Shown: one piece after another, positions 13,330 to 26,080 of the stretch
Layout: the number at the start of each line of letters is the position of its first letter
Position numbering within the stretch: the first letter of the stretch is position 1
Assembly (NCBI RefSeq): GCF_001194135.2
Contig: NC_068998.1
Coordinates: 25,234,814-25,298,519 of the forward strand
Source of the DNA: Octopus bimaculoides
Taxonomy: Eukaryota
Direction of reading: 5' to 3'
Length of the DNA: 63,706 nucleotides
Position numbers and translations under genes: made by a program
The notes under the pieces: generated by a model
Database searches by the model: none
The model's input: the letters and a program-made list of their open reading frames with translations, nothing else
What the model was told of the DNA's origin: nothing

Positions 13330-14050
13330 AATGAAAATAAGGAGAGCTACCCACATTATAAACAGCATTTTTAGCTTGGTTAAAACAGAACTCATTCGTG
13401 AAGCAAACCAGCTATTCATAGTTGCTGTTAATGTTGTATCTGACGTAACATGATACAAGCGGAATTTTGTTTAAGGAACGAAGGCGAATAAAAAGAAAAA
13501 AAAAACTAAACTACAGGAAGAGAATAGAAATGAAGTTGGAAAAAACACGGAAAGAACTGGAGAACTTCATTAGGACAATAAGAGGAGAGCTCGGAATGAA
13601 ATGGCAATCAGAAAATTGAATGGATACTAGCGCTTAGAAGAAGGGTGTAAATAAATTATACATGAAAAATCCTCACACCAAATAACAACGTTAAAGGCCA
13701 AATTTCAAAAGATATGTTAGATGCAAATGTTTGGGACTGGATAGCTTGTTTCAATCAAATAGAAGACATCGTTTTGATGAAATAGATGGTGACATCAGGA
13801 AGTTGGTTTTGATGCACAAACATTTTAAGGCCAGTGAAATATAAAGAAAGTGCAGAGTGGTTAACGCATGTGAGGAGAGAACTTGCAGCTATACCAAGAC
13901 AAAAGGATGCCACAAGTAATATGCATTAAATGAGACTGATGCTAAAAATGTAGCAAATTGGAAACGATGTCGTTTGAATGGAGTACAAGGTTTCATTAGA
14001 CGATAGACCAAAATCATATCCTTCAATAGGGGACATCTTCCACATGAATG
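13330..14050 (+). mobile_element. Degenerate R4/Dong-like pre-RT region
   Basis: TELIREANQLFIVAVNVVSDVT and RRIEMKLEKTRKEL resemble the conserved pre-RT blocks of this clade. Heavily frameshifted. Confidence 0.45.
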
Positions 14051-15678
14051 ACAATTAATCGATCACCAAATCATTTGAATGAACAGTTTATTCTATAAAG
14101 AAAGAAATTGGGATATGTATGTCAGAAGCAGTTAAATTGGACGATAGAATATATAATGTCTTTAATTCTAGAATTGGAAATCCACGCGAATTTTTAAAAA
14201 AAATAAGCAAAACACAGTATATCAATTGTTGTTAATCCCTTAAATATAAAGATAGTCATTCTTTCAATTATTCTGCGGCGTGTTGCGAACTCGTTATAGT
14301 TCCTTTGAAAAGGGTCTGTGATGGCTCAAGTCCTTGTGATAGTTGTATTTTCATAACATTTTCGTGCTACTTCTAGCCTTTCAGAGGTCATATCTGAAGG
14401 AAACCAACTTTGCCGTTCATCTTTCTACTGTCCATAAGTAAATCTACGATGTTAATGAATGTTTACGATGTTAACGAATCTAGTGACACTCGCATCACAC
14501 ATTTTGAAAGCCAATATATCTTGATACCAGTTTTATTATGTTTTCGTTTTAAATACGGATCAGAATGTGTACGGACTCAACTTTTATACTATTCACAACA
14601 GAAGAATGACATCAGTCAATATTATATCTAATATTCATAATGATATAACAATGTCGTAAAACAATAATTAACTGGATATCTGGAACACCCGTCGCAAAGT
14701 GACAGAAGATTATAAGATGAAAATATTGCATTGATTCAAGCACATCACTGTCAATGGTAAGAAATTTAAAAGTTTGGGTAATGTAGATAAAGGAAACATG
14801 AGGTGTCTAATGCATAATTAACTGAAACTTTTTTAAACACTTTTTGCGACGCCATTGTATTCGAAAGATATTTATGGAAATCGATATACAACGTAATAAA
14901 TTACATCTGCTATGGCGTGGGAGACAGTTCAGTTGCTTCTGATAACTTTTCATATAATCGAATGTGAATCACCAGCTATATAATACTATTTTATTGTTAT
15001 TTCTAAGAACTGGTATTGCGTTGTTCGCTTCAACACTTGTTCTCTATAATCCCCAAACACAGGAGAGTGTACTTATCTCTTTATTCATTCCGAGTTGAAA
15101 CATTACCCTTGTGAAATATATGTTTATACCTATGTACTCTGAGAAATAGCTAAAAGTTATACTAGTATCAAACGTGTCAAGGTAAACAGTTGCTGCTAAA
15201 TTCATCGAATTTAGCAGCAACGAATATATGTCGCACAGGTTTATATGTCGCACAGTTCTTCATTCAAACTTCTCTTAAAGCGAACGTCTCTTAAGGTGAA
15301 CTCAATCTATCTAGCAGGAAAATTGTATATTTCATTAAAATACCAGTGTCGTTAATCTCCAAAAGCTATCCAAAAATATATTTGTGTTCCACACCAATAG
15401 CTGAAATTATTAGTAATAGCTGAATCAGCGCCTAGTTGTTTTTTTGTTGTTGCTCGTCATACCGTTATGGGTTATACATATATTTCTTTAACATACTTGA
15501 TGAGCATGATGATTGGTAATCGTCTGTTGAAAATAATGTTGTTATAGTATACAAGAAACTTAGTAGCAATAAACACATTCACCGGTTCCGTTTCAATACA
15601 GTTATAGTTACAGTAACAGACGTATATATTACTCAGAAAACATTCAATGATTTCACATTCTCAATTGTTGTTTTGTGA

Positions 15679-15711
<33 letters not shown>

Positions 15712-15736
15712 TGTGTGTGTGTGTGTNNNNNNNNNN

Positions 15737-15781
<45 letters not shown>

Positions 15782-15784
<3 letters not shown>

Positions 15785-16000
15785 ATGGTCCTAAATACCG
15801 TATTTGTACTGTGAAATACATCAACATGTGGGTAGTCAAGTACCATGTCAGTGTTATCGGGTTGTATTTCTTTATTGTCAGGACACACTTCTATGTTGGC
15901 GTGCAACATTCTGATGTTACTGAGAATGCGTGTTTTTGTGCTTCTCTGTTGTTGTCATTGTATTTATTTTTATTTTATTTTCATTTGCTTGTTTTATTTT
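15782..16000 (-). mobile_element. Possible LINE (CR1-like) APE endonuclease N-terminal remnant
   Basis: RILSNIRMLHANIEVCPDNK...HVDVFHSTNT loosely follows the (L)xxNIxG...D(I)xxxTET pattern of APE domains. Confidence 0.35.
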
Positions 16001-16449
16001 TTGTACAAGATTTAAAATCATGTCTGAGTGTTTGTAGTTGGAAAATAGGTCTCGTTGATTTTTGCTGTATATTCTTGCTTTCGTTACAGCGGTGGTCTGT
16101 GTCCGTTTCTAAATGTTGTTATATCTATTAGTTTTATTGATGATAAGTGTGGCGTCGTTAGGTGCTTCTAATGTGCTTACAATACCGTTAAGCTCTAAAA
16201 TCATATCTTTTAAAAGAGCACAAGAATTTCTATTTCAACACTGTTATCGTTCCAGTCAGATTTCTGTACAATACACTGTCAGTGCGGAGACATTTCCTTA
16301 CATTTTTAATATGTACAGATCTTCTACTTCATTTCGGTTTCTTCATGTTAGCGGCTCTCGCGTTTTGATTTGTATTGCAGAAAAACAAGATACTAAGGAA
16401 TGCATCCGATTAAGGAAGACACTGTAAATTCTATCTCGCAAAGCATCAA

Positions 16450-17490
16450 AGCGTACATCGACTCTAAGGCTTAACACCACAGCGAAACATTACATGCTCA
16501 AACATATCTTAGGCATCATCAAACATAATAAAACAAAAATATTCGCAGATGACTCCAAGCGCCAGAAAATTTTGAACAGAGAAGAAGACCGAACTGAACT
16601 CCCGTCTGATCTATATGCTCTAAGCCAATGGACGGACAAAAAACATGCGGTTAAATGAGGGAAAATTCGAACTCATGCACTTCGTTAAAAGACTGCGCTA
16701 AATAACCATATCCTCTTCTTTCAGGGGAACTACTCACAGCATCGAACAATATCACAATAACAGGGCCTGATAGTCGACAATTTCAGCTGGATTTGTTACA
16801 TTAACAATGAAATAAATTTGACTTGCAGGATCATCAGAACTTTGCAGTCCAAAGAACAGGATAGCATCATTCACTTCCCTTCACCTCCTTACAGCTGCCC
16901 CCACCCACCGTGGTCTTTGCACAGCAAACAAAACATTATGAGAACTGGACAACTCCAGAAGGCATTCACTAAAACAAGAAAAATCATGATTCATCTTGGT
17001 AATTAGGGCAACCTTAAAACATTGGATACTTACTCACTTCAGCGCCGCTGTGGCGCTACATAGTTTGCACAGTGAGGAGAATATACCACTGGCATTGCCT
17101 AAATGACCTTAACATCAGATTCAGAATTCATTCAAGGTTGGGTACACGTGCCATATGTCTCCTACACAATTCAGGCTCACAGCACATTCATTCACAACAA
17201 AACCATTTATTTTCCACAACAGGCCTTGCTCCATTTACCTTATCCCAAAATAAATCAAATCAGAAATAGATCCTATAGTCTTTAAACGAAATTTGGAGAA
17301 ATTTTGTCAAGGAACACCAGATAAGTCACATACACCTGGGTAAATCACCATCAACAATAATTCGCTAGTTGAATCGACTATGATATTACAAAGGTCTCTT
17401 TAAAGTGGCTTAACACATCCTATCAAGTAGTGTTTTTAAGGTAGATTTGGCTTGGGCCCATCATTGGCTGAAACATATCTATGTTATCTA
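16450..17490 (+). mobile_element. CR1-clade LINE, 5'-truncated RT C-terminus and 3' UTR
   Basis: KIFADDSK (FADD), EDRTELPSDLYALSQWTD, LNEGKFELMHF; downstream thumb-like blocks. Many frameshifts. Confidence 0.85.
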
Positions 17491-17779
17491 AATTATAAGT
17501 CAAACTTATGGGTAACACCAAACAACTACTCCGGAAGCATTTATATAAAACAACTTGTCGCTAAACGCTTAACACTACAGATCGTTGCATTATCAACAAA
17601 TACAAGAATGAATATCTTGGTGACACAGCCAACAACGTTAACGTGAAATATATATCATAGTGCACTTTATCTGAACAGAGTGGATATGACATTCTTCAGA
17701 TACAACTAACGCAATCGAACACAATTTATAAAGGAAATAAGATGCTAAGGAAAAGTAACGGGGGAGCGGGCTCAACGCT

Positions 17780-19000
17780 GTTATCTGTGGAAAATGAAAG
17801 GAAACCATACGAAGAACTCAAGAGGCATGACAACAAATACAAAGATATACAAGTCAGCTGAACTATAAATTTAGGAAAGCACTATAGGAAACGAAATTTA
17901 AATCAAAGCAGTTTGAAGAACAAGCAAATATATTAAGTTACCAGGGCCATCGCTCCAACTGCAAGCTTTGCCTAACGGAGGCATTCCATATTTTAAAATA
18001 CAATTCTCCCACCCTACTTAATCGATATAACGAAGCGTTTAGCAACTGCAATCACCGCTCTTTCCACACGTTTAAGTTCTATCACAAGCAAAATTGCACA
18101 AACGATCACACAACATAATCACACGACCCCCAACAAACAACCTATTCAACCTGGCAAAAACATCCATCTTTTACCATCTTTTGAATAGGATTATTTCCTT
18201 TCGATCATATCACCACATATATATATACCCCCAAATCTATTTCTTCTACTCCCTAATTCACAACAGCACCACCAACGCATGCAGACTATGTCGTTTCTCT
18301 CAATCCCTTTCCACCGTCTATAAATAGGTTTGGCTACATTATAGAATATGATACTACTAATTACCTTTCCCACCCATCTCTCCCTTTATCTCTGTCCTTG
18401 GTTTATCACTCATACCCCCACCACCTATATACTATATACGCCCATTCCTTCCTACTCACTAGACCTTTTAACCTCATCCCCCATTCCTCCTTCTCTCTAT
18501 ATGCTCATCCCCTCTATCCTGTAAGATCAACTGACCATTAAAATATACCGCTACCATCCTCAACCTCTATCTCTCCTCTATCCCCTTTCACATTCTGTCT
18601 TCATGACTTGACCTAATTGCCGCTCATTTTTCACTTGACTTTGGCCATTCTTCAAGTAAACAAGCAAACATCCATCGCAGTATGGCATATATTCACCTCT
18701 GCTATCTATGCTGTACCAGCCTACACTCCAACATCTATTTCCGGATTATCCCCACAAGGATTAACTTACACGGATTTCTACACGGATATTTACTACTGGA
18801 ATGAAATTACACTTCAAGTACTGTTCTCTCTTTTTTCAGCGCATCACACTCTTTACCTCTTCATACTAAAAATATCCGCCTATGGATATAATAATAGATT
18901 ACTTTATTTTTTCTGTCTCCGATGAAGGAAAGTACTGGATCTTCCCAGAAACAGCTGTAAGACTCTATCCATAAAATACTTCTCCAACCTTACCATTGCT
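17780..19000 (+). mobile_element. Penelope-like element remnant (GIY-YIG C-terminus plus pLTR-like region)
   Basis: ANILSYQGHRSNCKLCLTEAFHILKY (~17925-18000) matches the CxLCLxE motif at the end of PLE endonucleases. It is followed by C/T-skewed sequence and a hammerhead motif. Confidence 0.6.
18915..18963 (+). ncRNA. Minimal type I hammerhead ribozyme motif (PLE-associated)
   Basis: GUCU-CCGAUGA-AGGAAAG..CUUCCCA-GAAA-CAGCUG-UA-AGAC. Stem I GUCU/AGAC is perfect, stem III is the palindrome ACAGCUGU, and the cleavage triplet is GUA. Deviations: U4C in the core and two mismatches in stem II. Confidence 0.7.
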
Positions 19001-19678
19001 CTCTTTATCTTTTTATTCTTATACATTTATATATACACGCGCTATTACACGACTTATAATCCCCAATCCTGTTCATACAACGACTGGGNNNNNNNNNNNN
19101 NNNNNNNNNNNNNNNNNNNNNNNNNNNNNNNNNNNNNNNNNNNNNNNNNNNNNNNNNNNNNNNNNNNNNNNNNNNNNNNNNNNNNNNNNNNNNNNNNNNN
19201 NNNNNNNNNNNNNNNNNNNNNNNNNNNNNNNNNNNNNNNNNNNNNNNNNNNNNNNNNNNNNNNNNNNNNNNNNNNNNNNNNNNNNNNNNNNNNNNNNNNN
19301 NNNNNNNNNNNNNNNNNNNNNNNNNNNNNNNNNNNNNNNNNNNNNNNNNNNNNNNNNNNNNNNNNNNNNNNNNNNNNNNNNNNNNNNNNNNNNNNNNNNN
19401 NNNNNNNNNNNNNNNNNNNNNNNNNNNNNNNNNNNNNNNNNNNNNNNNNNNNNNNNNNNNNNNNNNNNNNNNNNNNNNNNNNNNNNNNNNNNNNNNNNNN
19501 NNNNNNNNNNNNNNNNNNNNNNNNNNNNNNNNNNNNNNNNNNNNNNNNNNNNNNNNNNNNNNNNNNNNNNNNNNNNNNNNNNNNNNNNNNNNNNNNNNNN
19601 NNNNNNNNNNNNNNNNNNNNNNNNNNNNNNNNNNNNNNNNNNNNNNNNNNNNNNNNNNNNNNNNNNNNNNNNNNNNNN

Positions 19679-19718
<40 letters not shown>

Positions 19719-21429
19719 CCTCTCTCTATCTATCTATCTATATATCTCTCCCTCTCTCTCTCTATCTCTCTCTCTCTCTCTCTCCCTCTCTCTCTCTCTC
19801 ACGCACATTTATTATCCTTATTATCTTTATTATCCTCCTCCCTCTCACCTTTTGGCCTATATAATTTCCCTGTAGATTTAGTAAATTAGAATCTAGCCAG
19901 CGCATTACTATAGCAGAGTGTTTATTTTTAGAAATAGCATGAGGTTTAACTTATGTAATTAGTAAAGTTGAACGGAAGAGAGTTTTCGGGCGCATAGATA
20001 AATATTAGCGGATAATTATCTTGGTACTGACGTTTCCTGGACAGCGACATTCGTTTATTCATTCAACTTCACTTATCGTGTATCTAAATCTCCATTGATT
20101 GCCGTTGTTTTTTTTTTATTCAGTTATGCTAAACTCATCTGAATATACCCAAATCACATCTGGATTAACCAAAGATGTTTAAAACAATCAGTTTTAGCAT
20201 TCCTTGTTAAAATTTTAAGTAATTAATTAGTTTTGATCAAATTTCCTTTTCTTTATTGTTACATCCTAAAAATAAAGTCCGAGAGTTTTAGAGCTATGAT
20301 TTATGAGGTTTTGCGACGTGCAATAAATATTCAACTTGAAAATTCGGGTAATTCTCTCTTGTCAATATATTATGTAGTGAATTTGAAAGAGAAATAAAGT
20401 GTCGTAAGTTGTGAAACAGTCTAATATAATAATACGGCAATAGAAGTGTCTGGTACAAAAGAATAATATGAATGCGCGTTTCGTCTAAAAAGGCTAAAAT
20501 CAATATTGAAGTTCTTCAAGATGGTTTTCACTGCAATGCAACACTATGATGTTGCTATTTAGAAATCTGATAAATGAAATTATTTATGATAAGTAAAAAA
20601 TATTCCAGTATTTTTAGTTGATATTTCGTGCTTACCAAAATATTTTAGGAATACAATACGCACGCTTTTTTTTTTGCCCACAAAAAATAATGCCAAATTA
20701 TTACCTTATCAAAATTTGTTTTCTTTTTTACCACAATTAAGGGAATTCTCTCTTATCAATATAATATTGAGAACCAAATCTAAATGCAACCATTTTGCAA
20801 TGATTTCAGCTATTAAACCGTCTCTTTAGGACAGATAATTCCTATCTATATTTCTTAATAGAATAAGGTGAAGTGTATTATGAAATATATCTAGTAACAT
20901 ACACTATCATTTTGCGCCCGAGACAAATATTTCTTTACATTTAATGAAGTGTCAATTTGTCAAATCCAATTACTCTTTCACTCAGATAATACTGTAAATA
21001 GTATTAACAAAAGTGTGTTTATTGTAAGTGAACGATTTGGACATCTTAGTTATAATAGCATTATGTATGATTAATCACGCTAAAAGTATTTGTATTGTTT
21101 TCTTTTTATTCTCAAAACAAATCGTTATATAATCGAAAAAGCGATCATTTGTTTTGCTCCACATGATCTTTGACAAAGCAGGGGGTATTCGCTTAGTTTT
21201 AAATGGTTTAATGCTTAGTCATTTTTCATGAAGTGTCTGAAATATTTTTCTCTGTTTCAATAATTTAGTATCATAAATTTTGATTTTTATTCATTCCTCG
21301 TAACGGATATGCATTATTTATGTATAATAGGTTTACTAGCGGTAAAACAAGGTTCCAACAGAAACCATTATATTTCCATTTGTCGCGATATCGCCATCGT
21401 TACTTTGCTTTAAAAAATATCTAAAAGCT

Positions 21430-21790
21430 AAAAGCACATTTTTTAGAAGATTAAGAAGACATTGAATATGATGCTATTCGTTTAATGGAGGGATCATTAT
21501 TCAAATGGGAATTATGTCAATTACAATTCATATCACAAGCACTAAAATATTTTACCTCCGGATGAATATTCTGTTAGAGAAGTTATTTGAATAATAAGCG
21601 GCATTGAAAATTCACTGAATAAAGAGGATTTTTAGGTGTAACTACTATTTTTCGAACTAGCGTAGCATGAGACTTACTATCACTAATTCTTATGCTAAGT
21701 CTTTATCTCAAACTATCGAGTAAAGCATTTTTCATTCTTCAAAAGATTAAGTAAACATAACAATAAATTGTATATGGAATTTATTGACTA
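21430..21790 (+). mobile_element. Possible Helitron PIF1-like helicase remnant
   Basis: SMRLTITNSYAKSLSQTIE (~21665-21720) resembles PVRLAFAMTINKSQGQTLE. It is followed by KLYMEF (cf. QLYVAL) and preceded by SNGNY (cf. CNGTR). Very decayed. Confidence 0.3.
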
Positions 21791-22116
21791 ATGTTATTTA
21801 AAAACTTATATAAGTGATGATCATTACCACCAGTGCTAAGGATTTTCATACAATCAAAAATTGTAGATGACATGTAAGTGCCTATTCGTTTTTAAATTAA
21901 TCGCAGAAATTAGAAGTTTACCAAAACACCACGGTTAATTTTACAAATTTACGTGAACTGGATACCAAAACGATATCTAGATGTAAGTAAAAAAAATAGA
22001 AACAGATAAAACAGATTTCAAAATATTTTACGTGTAATAATACGAATAATGCATGCACATTTTCTATTGAAGACCTGATGCATTGTCATTTAGACATATT
22101 ATTTTATTGAAATGTC

Positions 22117-22640
22117 TTTTTTTTTTTTTTCATTAAAGGTTTTACTTCGAGTGGAGTCATATTTCCAATTGATCGACCACAGGTGAAATTTTCTGCAAAA
22201 CAGAAGCTGAATAACATGGTACTCGGTACATGAAACTTCCTCCAAGCTGCTCGATGATACCCTGCTTCTGTAATTAAGATTAAACACTTTTGTACAGAGG
22301 GTACTGCTGTATTCTGTCTCTGAAAGTGGGGATCGATGCCTTGTCTGGCGATGAAGCAGCTCTGTAGGTGTTTCAGCTCCTTGCTCCACGATATCAGAGC
22401 TGCTCGGTACAGCTACAGATGCACGTGAGAAACCTCCCACACAGCAGCAGGAACTTTGTTGAGTCAGATGTCGAGACAATATGCCAGGTGTTTCCACCAT
22501 CCTCAATTCTAATTCCTACTGTCTCTTCAGCCAGATGTAACAGACTGCTTCCTCATCGGCTTCCCACAAATGTTTGTCTCCGTAGTTAGGCTTCGACTCC
22601 TGAGCATCGAGAGAACACTAGTTCCAAGAAGTCTTCTAAT
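22117..22640 (-). other. Unidentified GC-richer, stop-poor segment ending in A14 (retrocopy or TE fragment)
   Basis: Visibly more GC-rich than its flanks. Two overlapping long open frames on the minus strand; T14 at 22117-22130 on plus. Confidence 0.4.
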
Positions 22641-22909
22641 GCTTCTCTTAATAAAAGGCATATGTATATGTATAGGTGTAAACATATGAAACATGAAATT
22701 TATACATATATATACCTACCTACCTATCTACCTACCTACATACATACATACATACATACATGCATACATACATGCATACATAAAACATACATAAAACATA
22801 CATAATACATACATATATCAAAGAAAAAATGAAAAAGCAAACCATTAGGCATCACTTAAATATTCTGATGATTATATAATCTGATATATTCTGAACTTTT
22901 TATAACCGG

Positions 22910-23652
22910 TGTGGGGGATTTACACTGATAGGCGGAAAGCCCAGCGACTATACCAAACACACTCTTTCAACGCTGCAACTGTAAGAAAATATGCCTCACC
23001 TTTCTTCGAGAGTCCGGTGGGCGGCACAATCTTTATTATAGATCCAGTTAGTTGTACTCTGCCTAAGTGTGACAACACGTGTTCAACGTAAATTATCTAG
23101 CTTGAGAGCTCCCGGCAGTGTACAAAAGCGTGCGGGACGGCTTTATCTTGGACATATCGTTGGCACAGCCATTCCGTGCCTGGATAACTCGGTGAAGCCA
23201 ACACTATCCACCCTTGCATCGATGATAATGTAAAAGTCTCCTAATAGAACTACTATTTCTGACGTTACTACAAAGTGCTCTAGTTTTCGATACAAATCTG
23301 ACTGCCTACACTCCTTAAGAGCATAGACAGCTACCAACGTGAGTGACTTTTTACTTTCGTGAGTCACATCTAGGACGACCAGCCAACCTTCTGCGTCCAG
23401 AAAGACTGTATTTACTTGTAAGTCGGATGTCTTCCTGAGTAATACTACCACGCCCCCTCCTCCTCACCGGCTAGGAGAAATAAATTTCTCACAACCTTTT
23501 AGAATATGCGAGAACGCTTCTTGCCCACTCATCTTGGTCTACGGGACAATGCAAACATCTATATCCCGTGACCTGAGGTCGTCCAGGAGACAACATTGTT
23601 TCCATTTCGACCCCAGCCCACACCTATTTATGCACTTTAAATTAATCGTCAT
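22910..23652 (-). pseudogene. ORF2p remnant: APE endonuclease N-half fused to the C-terminal zinc-binding region
   Basis: ATG at 23652: MTINLKCINRCGL...DIDVCIVP*TK...GGVVVLLRK...DAEGWLV...LVAVYA...LLGDFYIIIDARVDSVG. It continues directly into LSRHGMAVPTICPR* and, after a frameshift, VPHAFVHC...IIKIVPP...LKECVW. Confidence 0.85.
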
Positions 23653-24049
23653 GGTAGAAAAAAAGTTTACTTACATTTGATGCTTGCGAAGGGGCTGTAC
23701 AAATTCGCTTACCTCCCCTTCCTTCCTTTTTGTTGGTGTAGCAGTTGGGCTTATTATTGGCGTCACCGCGAGGTTAATTATAGATTTCGTGTCGGCCATC
23801 TCTGTGGTAACATCCGAGATGTCATTTGTGTATGGCTTTCTGAACTCCGAAAACAGCCCCACGTCCATCTTGGCATACCTGATGTTTGGGAGAGTTTGCT
23901 TTGTTCTTTTCAACACATGAATTTTAAAGTGCGCTCTACTAATACGGTTTAATGGTTCATTCGTCTCTCGATATGCAACGGTTTTTTCTTGTGTTTTGGG
24001 AAGGGGTTTGGTGAAAGGTTGCACCATGGGGATGGACTGGGGAGTTTTA

Positions 24050-24961
24050 GTCTGTGTGTCTGCGGTGTTTTTCGTCACTTATTTTCTTTGTTGAGGAGAG
24101 TCTGGGACGTGTGTTTTTTTTTTCCCGTTTGTATGTCACTGTGGTAAAATCCATCGTGTCATTCGCTTTTTTCTTTTCTTCCTCTGCTTTTCTTTCTGTC
24201 ATGTTCTCTGGTTTCTGTAGCTTCTCTGCACTCTTGTTTTGTTCTCCTCTCCGCTTCCTCTTCACGTTTTTTGGGGAGAAGCCTCGTTTTCCTTTTTTCC
24301 TTTTCGTACAGTTGGGGCGGACGTGGCCCTACTCTCCACACTTGAAGCATCGGGGCCTACGTCCCACCACGGCTACTCTCATCTTTAGCCCCTCCCCTAC
24401 AAACAACCTATCTGGTAAATTCACCAGGATTTGAGGCCTGTAGGACCAACTCTAACCTTTGGTCTTTCCAATTGACTGCCTCCTCCTTCTTTATGTGTAG
24501 AATTTTTACCGCTTCCTCGACGTCATAAATAACGGCTGACGTCACCCACATTACATCGTAGCCTGCCGGAATTTCGTCGATTACGACCTTCACTGTTCTG
24601 CGGCTCAAGTACGTGGGCAGCAGAATTATCTCATCATTCTTAAGGATCTTAGTTGATACCTCCTTGGCTACATTAGCCGTTTCGAACTGTGCCTCAACAG
24701 TAGCAATTCTTGTTCGATGGCTAACGTAGCATATTAAGTTCCATATGGGTGCCAAGCATTTCTCAATTGTCTTGCTTTTGCGTCTTTAATTCTCTTTTCT
24801 ATTATATTGTATATTTTATACACTACACTGCGGGCGTTTATCGCCTGTAGTGTTTCAGAGGACGGCAACAATCTTGTATTGCCATCACTTTTCTTGACTA
24901 AATTTCGAAACTTGAACAACTCGTCCATTTTAATTTCCAGCTCTGTGACGTTGCCACCCAC
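24050..24961 (-). pseudogene. ORF1p of the Tx1/L1-like element (frameshifted, with stops)
   Basis: ORF-track pieces 24734-24961 and 24408-24755. Zinc knuckle CFKCGE*GHVRPNC (CX2CX4HX4C) at 24308-24349, followed by a Lys/Glu-rich tail. Confidence 0.8.
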
Positions 24962-25968
24962 TGCATCTGAAAACTTGGTTTATCCTTTTGCTTTTGAGTT
25001 TCCTTTTCACTTATATTTTCTTTTCCTTTTCCCAGCTCGGGAAACTGTTTTTTGGAATTAATATTGATTTCCATTACAACTTTGTTTTTTACAATTTTGC
25101 CAATATTGACAAAATATTAGATAATACTCAACCCGTCAAACGGGTAAAAAGATAAATAAATTTTTTTCATACAGTTCCACAATAATTTTCTGCACCGCAG
25201 GGTGGAAATTAATGTCCTACAACAGTTCAACTTTAAGTAAAACACAAACCAATAAAATAATATCGAACACGTAACAAGGCAAAGGCGAACTCACATAACA
25301 GGGTAAGAGAAATTTCAAAAACGACGCAAGAAAAAAGAAAAAAACGGGTGGTGATGGGACTGAAAGGTCGATTGTTTGTTTTATTCAGTATGTCAGTATG
25401 TATATTTTCTGCCATAAAAATTTATGGCTGATTTGGCAAAGTGCTAATGCGTATACTAAAAATTGATATAAACAACTAGGCGCAATGCAATACCATAAAG
25501 GAAATATTTAATCGTCACTAAGTGTGACTAAGAGAGCCGAAGCACCTATATTGCTTGAAATAAGAGTTTTAAAAAATGCTGTAAGAAGTCTGCAATATAT
25601 ATGCATCGACAGGGGAGGTAAGTTCCCCATGACCTACCCTAGTGTCACCAGACTAGTCCTTGTTTCACCTATTCTGTAGTCATCGTCAGTTGTGACTACT
25701 CAAACGGTCGATGGTTTGCTTAATTCTGTCTGTTAGTATATATATTTTTACCATAAAAATATATGACTGATTTAGCGAAATGCTAATGCATCTACTAAAA
25801 ATTAATACAAATTCATGTGTTTGCACATATATTGTAATGCTGTAAAAAAATCCCAATATATATAACCATCAATAGAATCACTATATATTGAGCTCTTATA
25901 GAATTAAGAGGCTCTAACACATATTTCTATTAGGCTCTTCAGGTCCCTTAGTCACACATGCATATACA

Positions 25969-26004
<36 letters not shown>

Positions 26005-26016
26005 NNNNNNNNNNNN

Positions 26017-26080
<64 letters not shown>

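Larger units (their letters stand above)
22905..25060 (-). mobile_element. Tx1/L1-clade non-LTR retrotransposon, two-ORF, RT internally deleted
   Basis: ORF1 fragments with a gag-like zinc knuckle; ORF2 APE domain joined to the post-RT Cys/His domain (see sub-features). Confidence 0.88.

Noticed and set aside
16113-16427. 104-aa ATG ORF with a signal-peptide-like start (MLLYLLVLLMISVASLGA)
   Set aside because: It lies antisense to A/C-rich, probably LINE-derived sequence, whose complement naturally gives hydrophobic codons. There is no other support, though it is not formally excluded.
20292-20347. Possible exon AMIYEVLRRAINIQLENS, plus similar short AG...GT segments near 2355, 3579, 37189 and 46401
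   Set aside because: They are short, show no recognisable homology and do not chain in phase; such segments are expected by chance in 60 kb.
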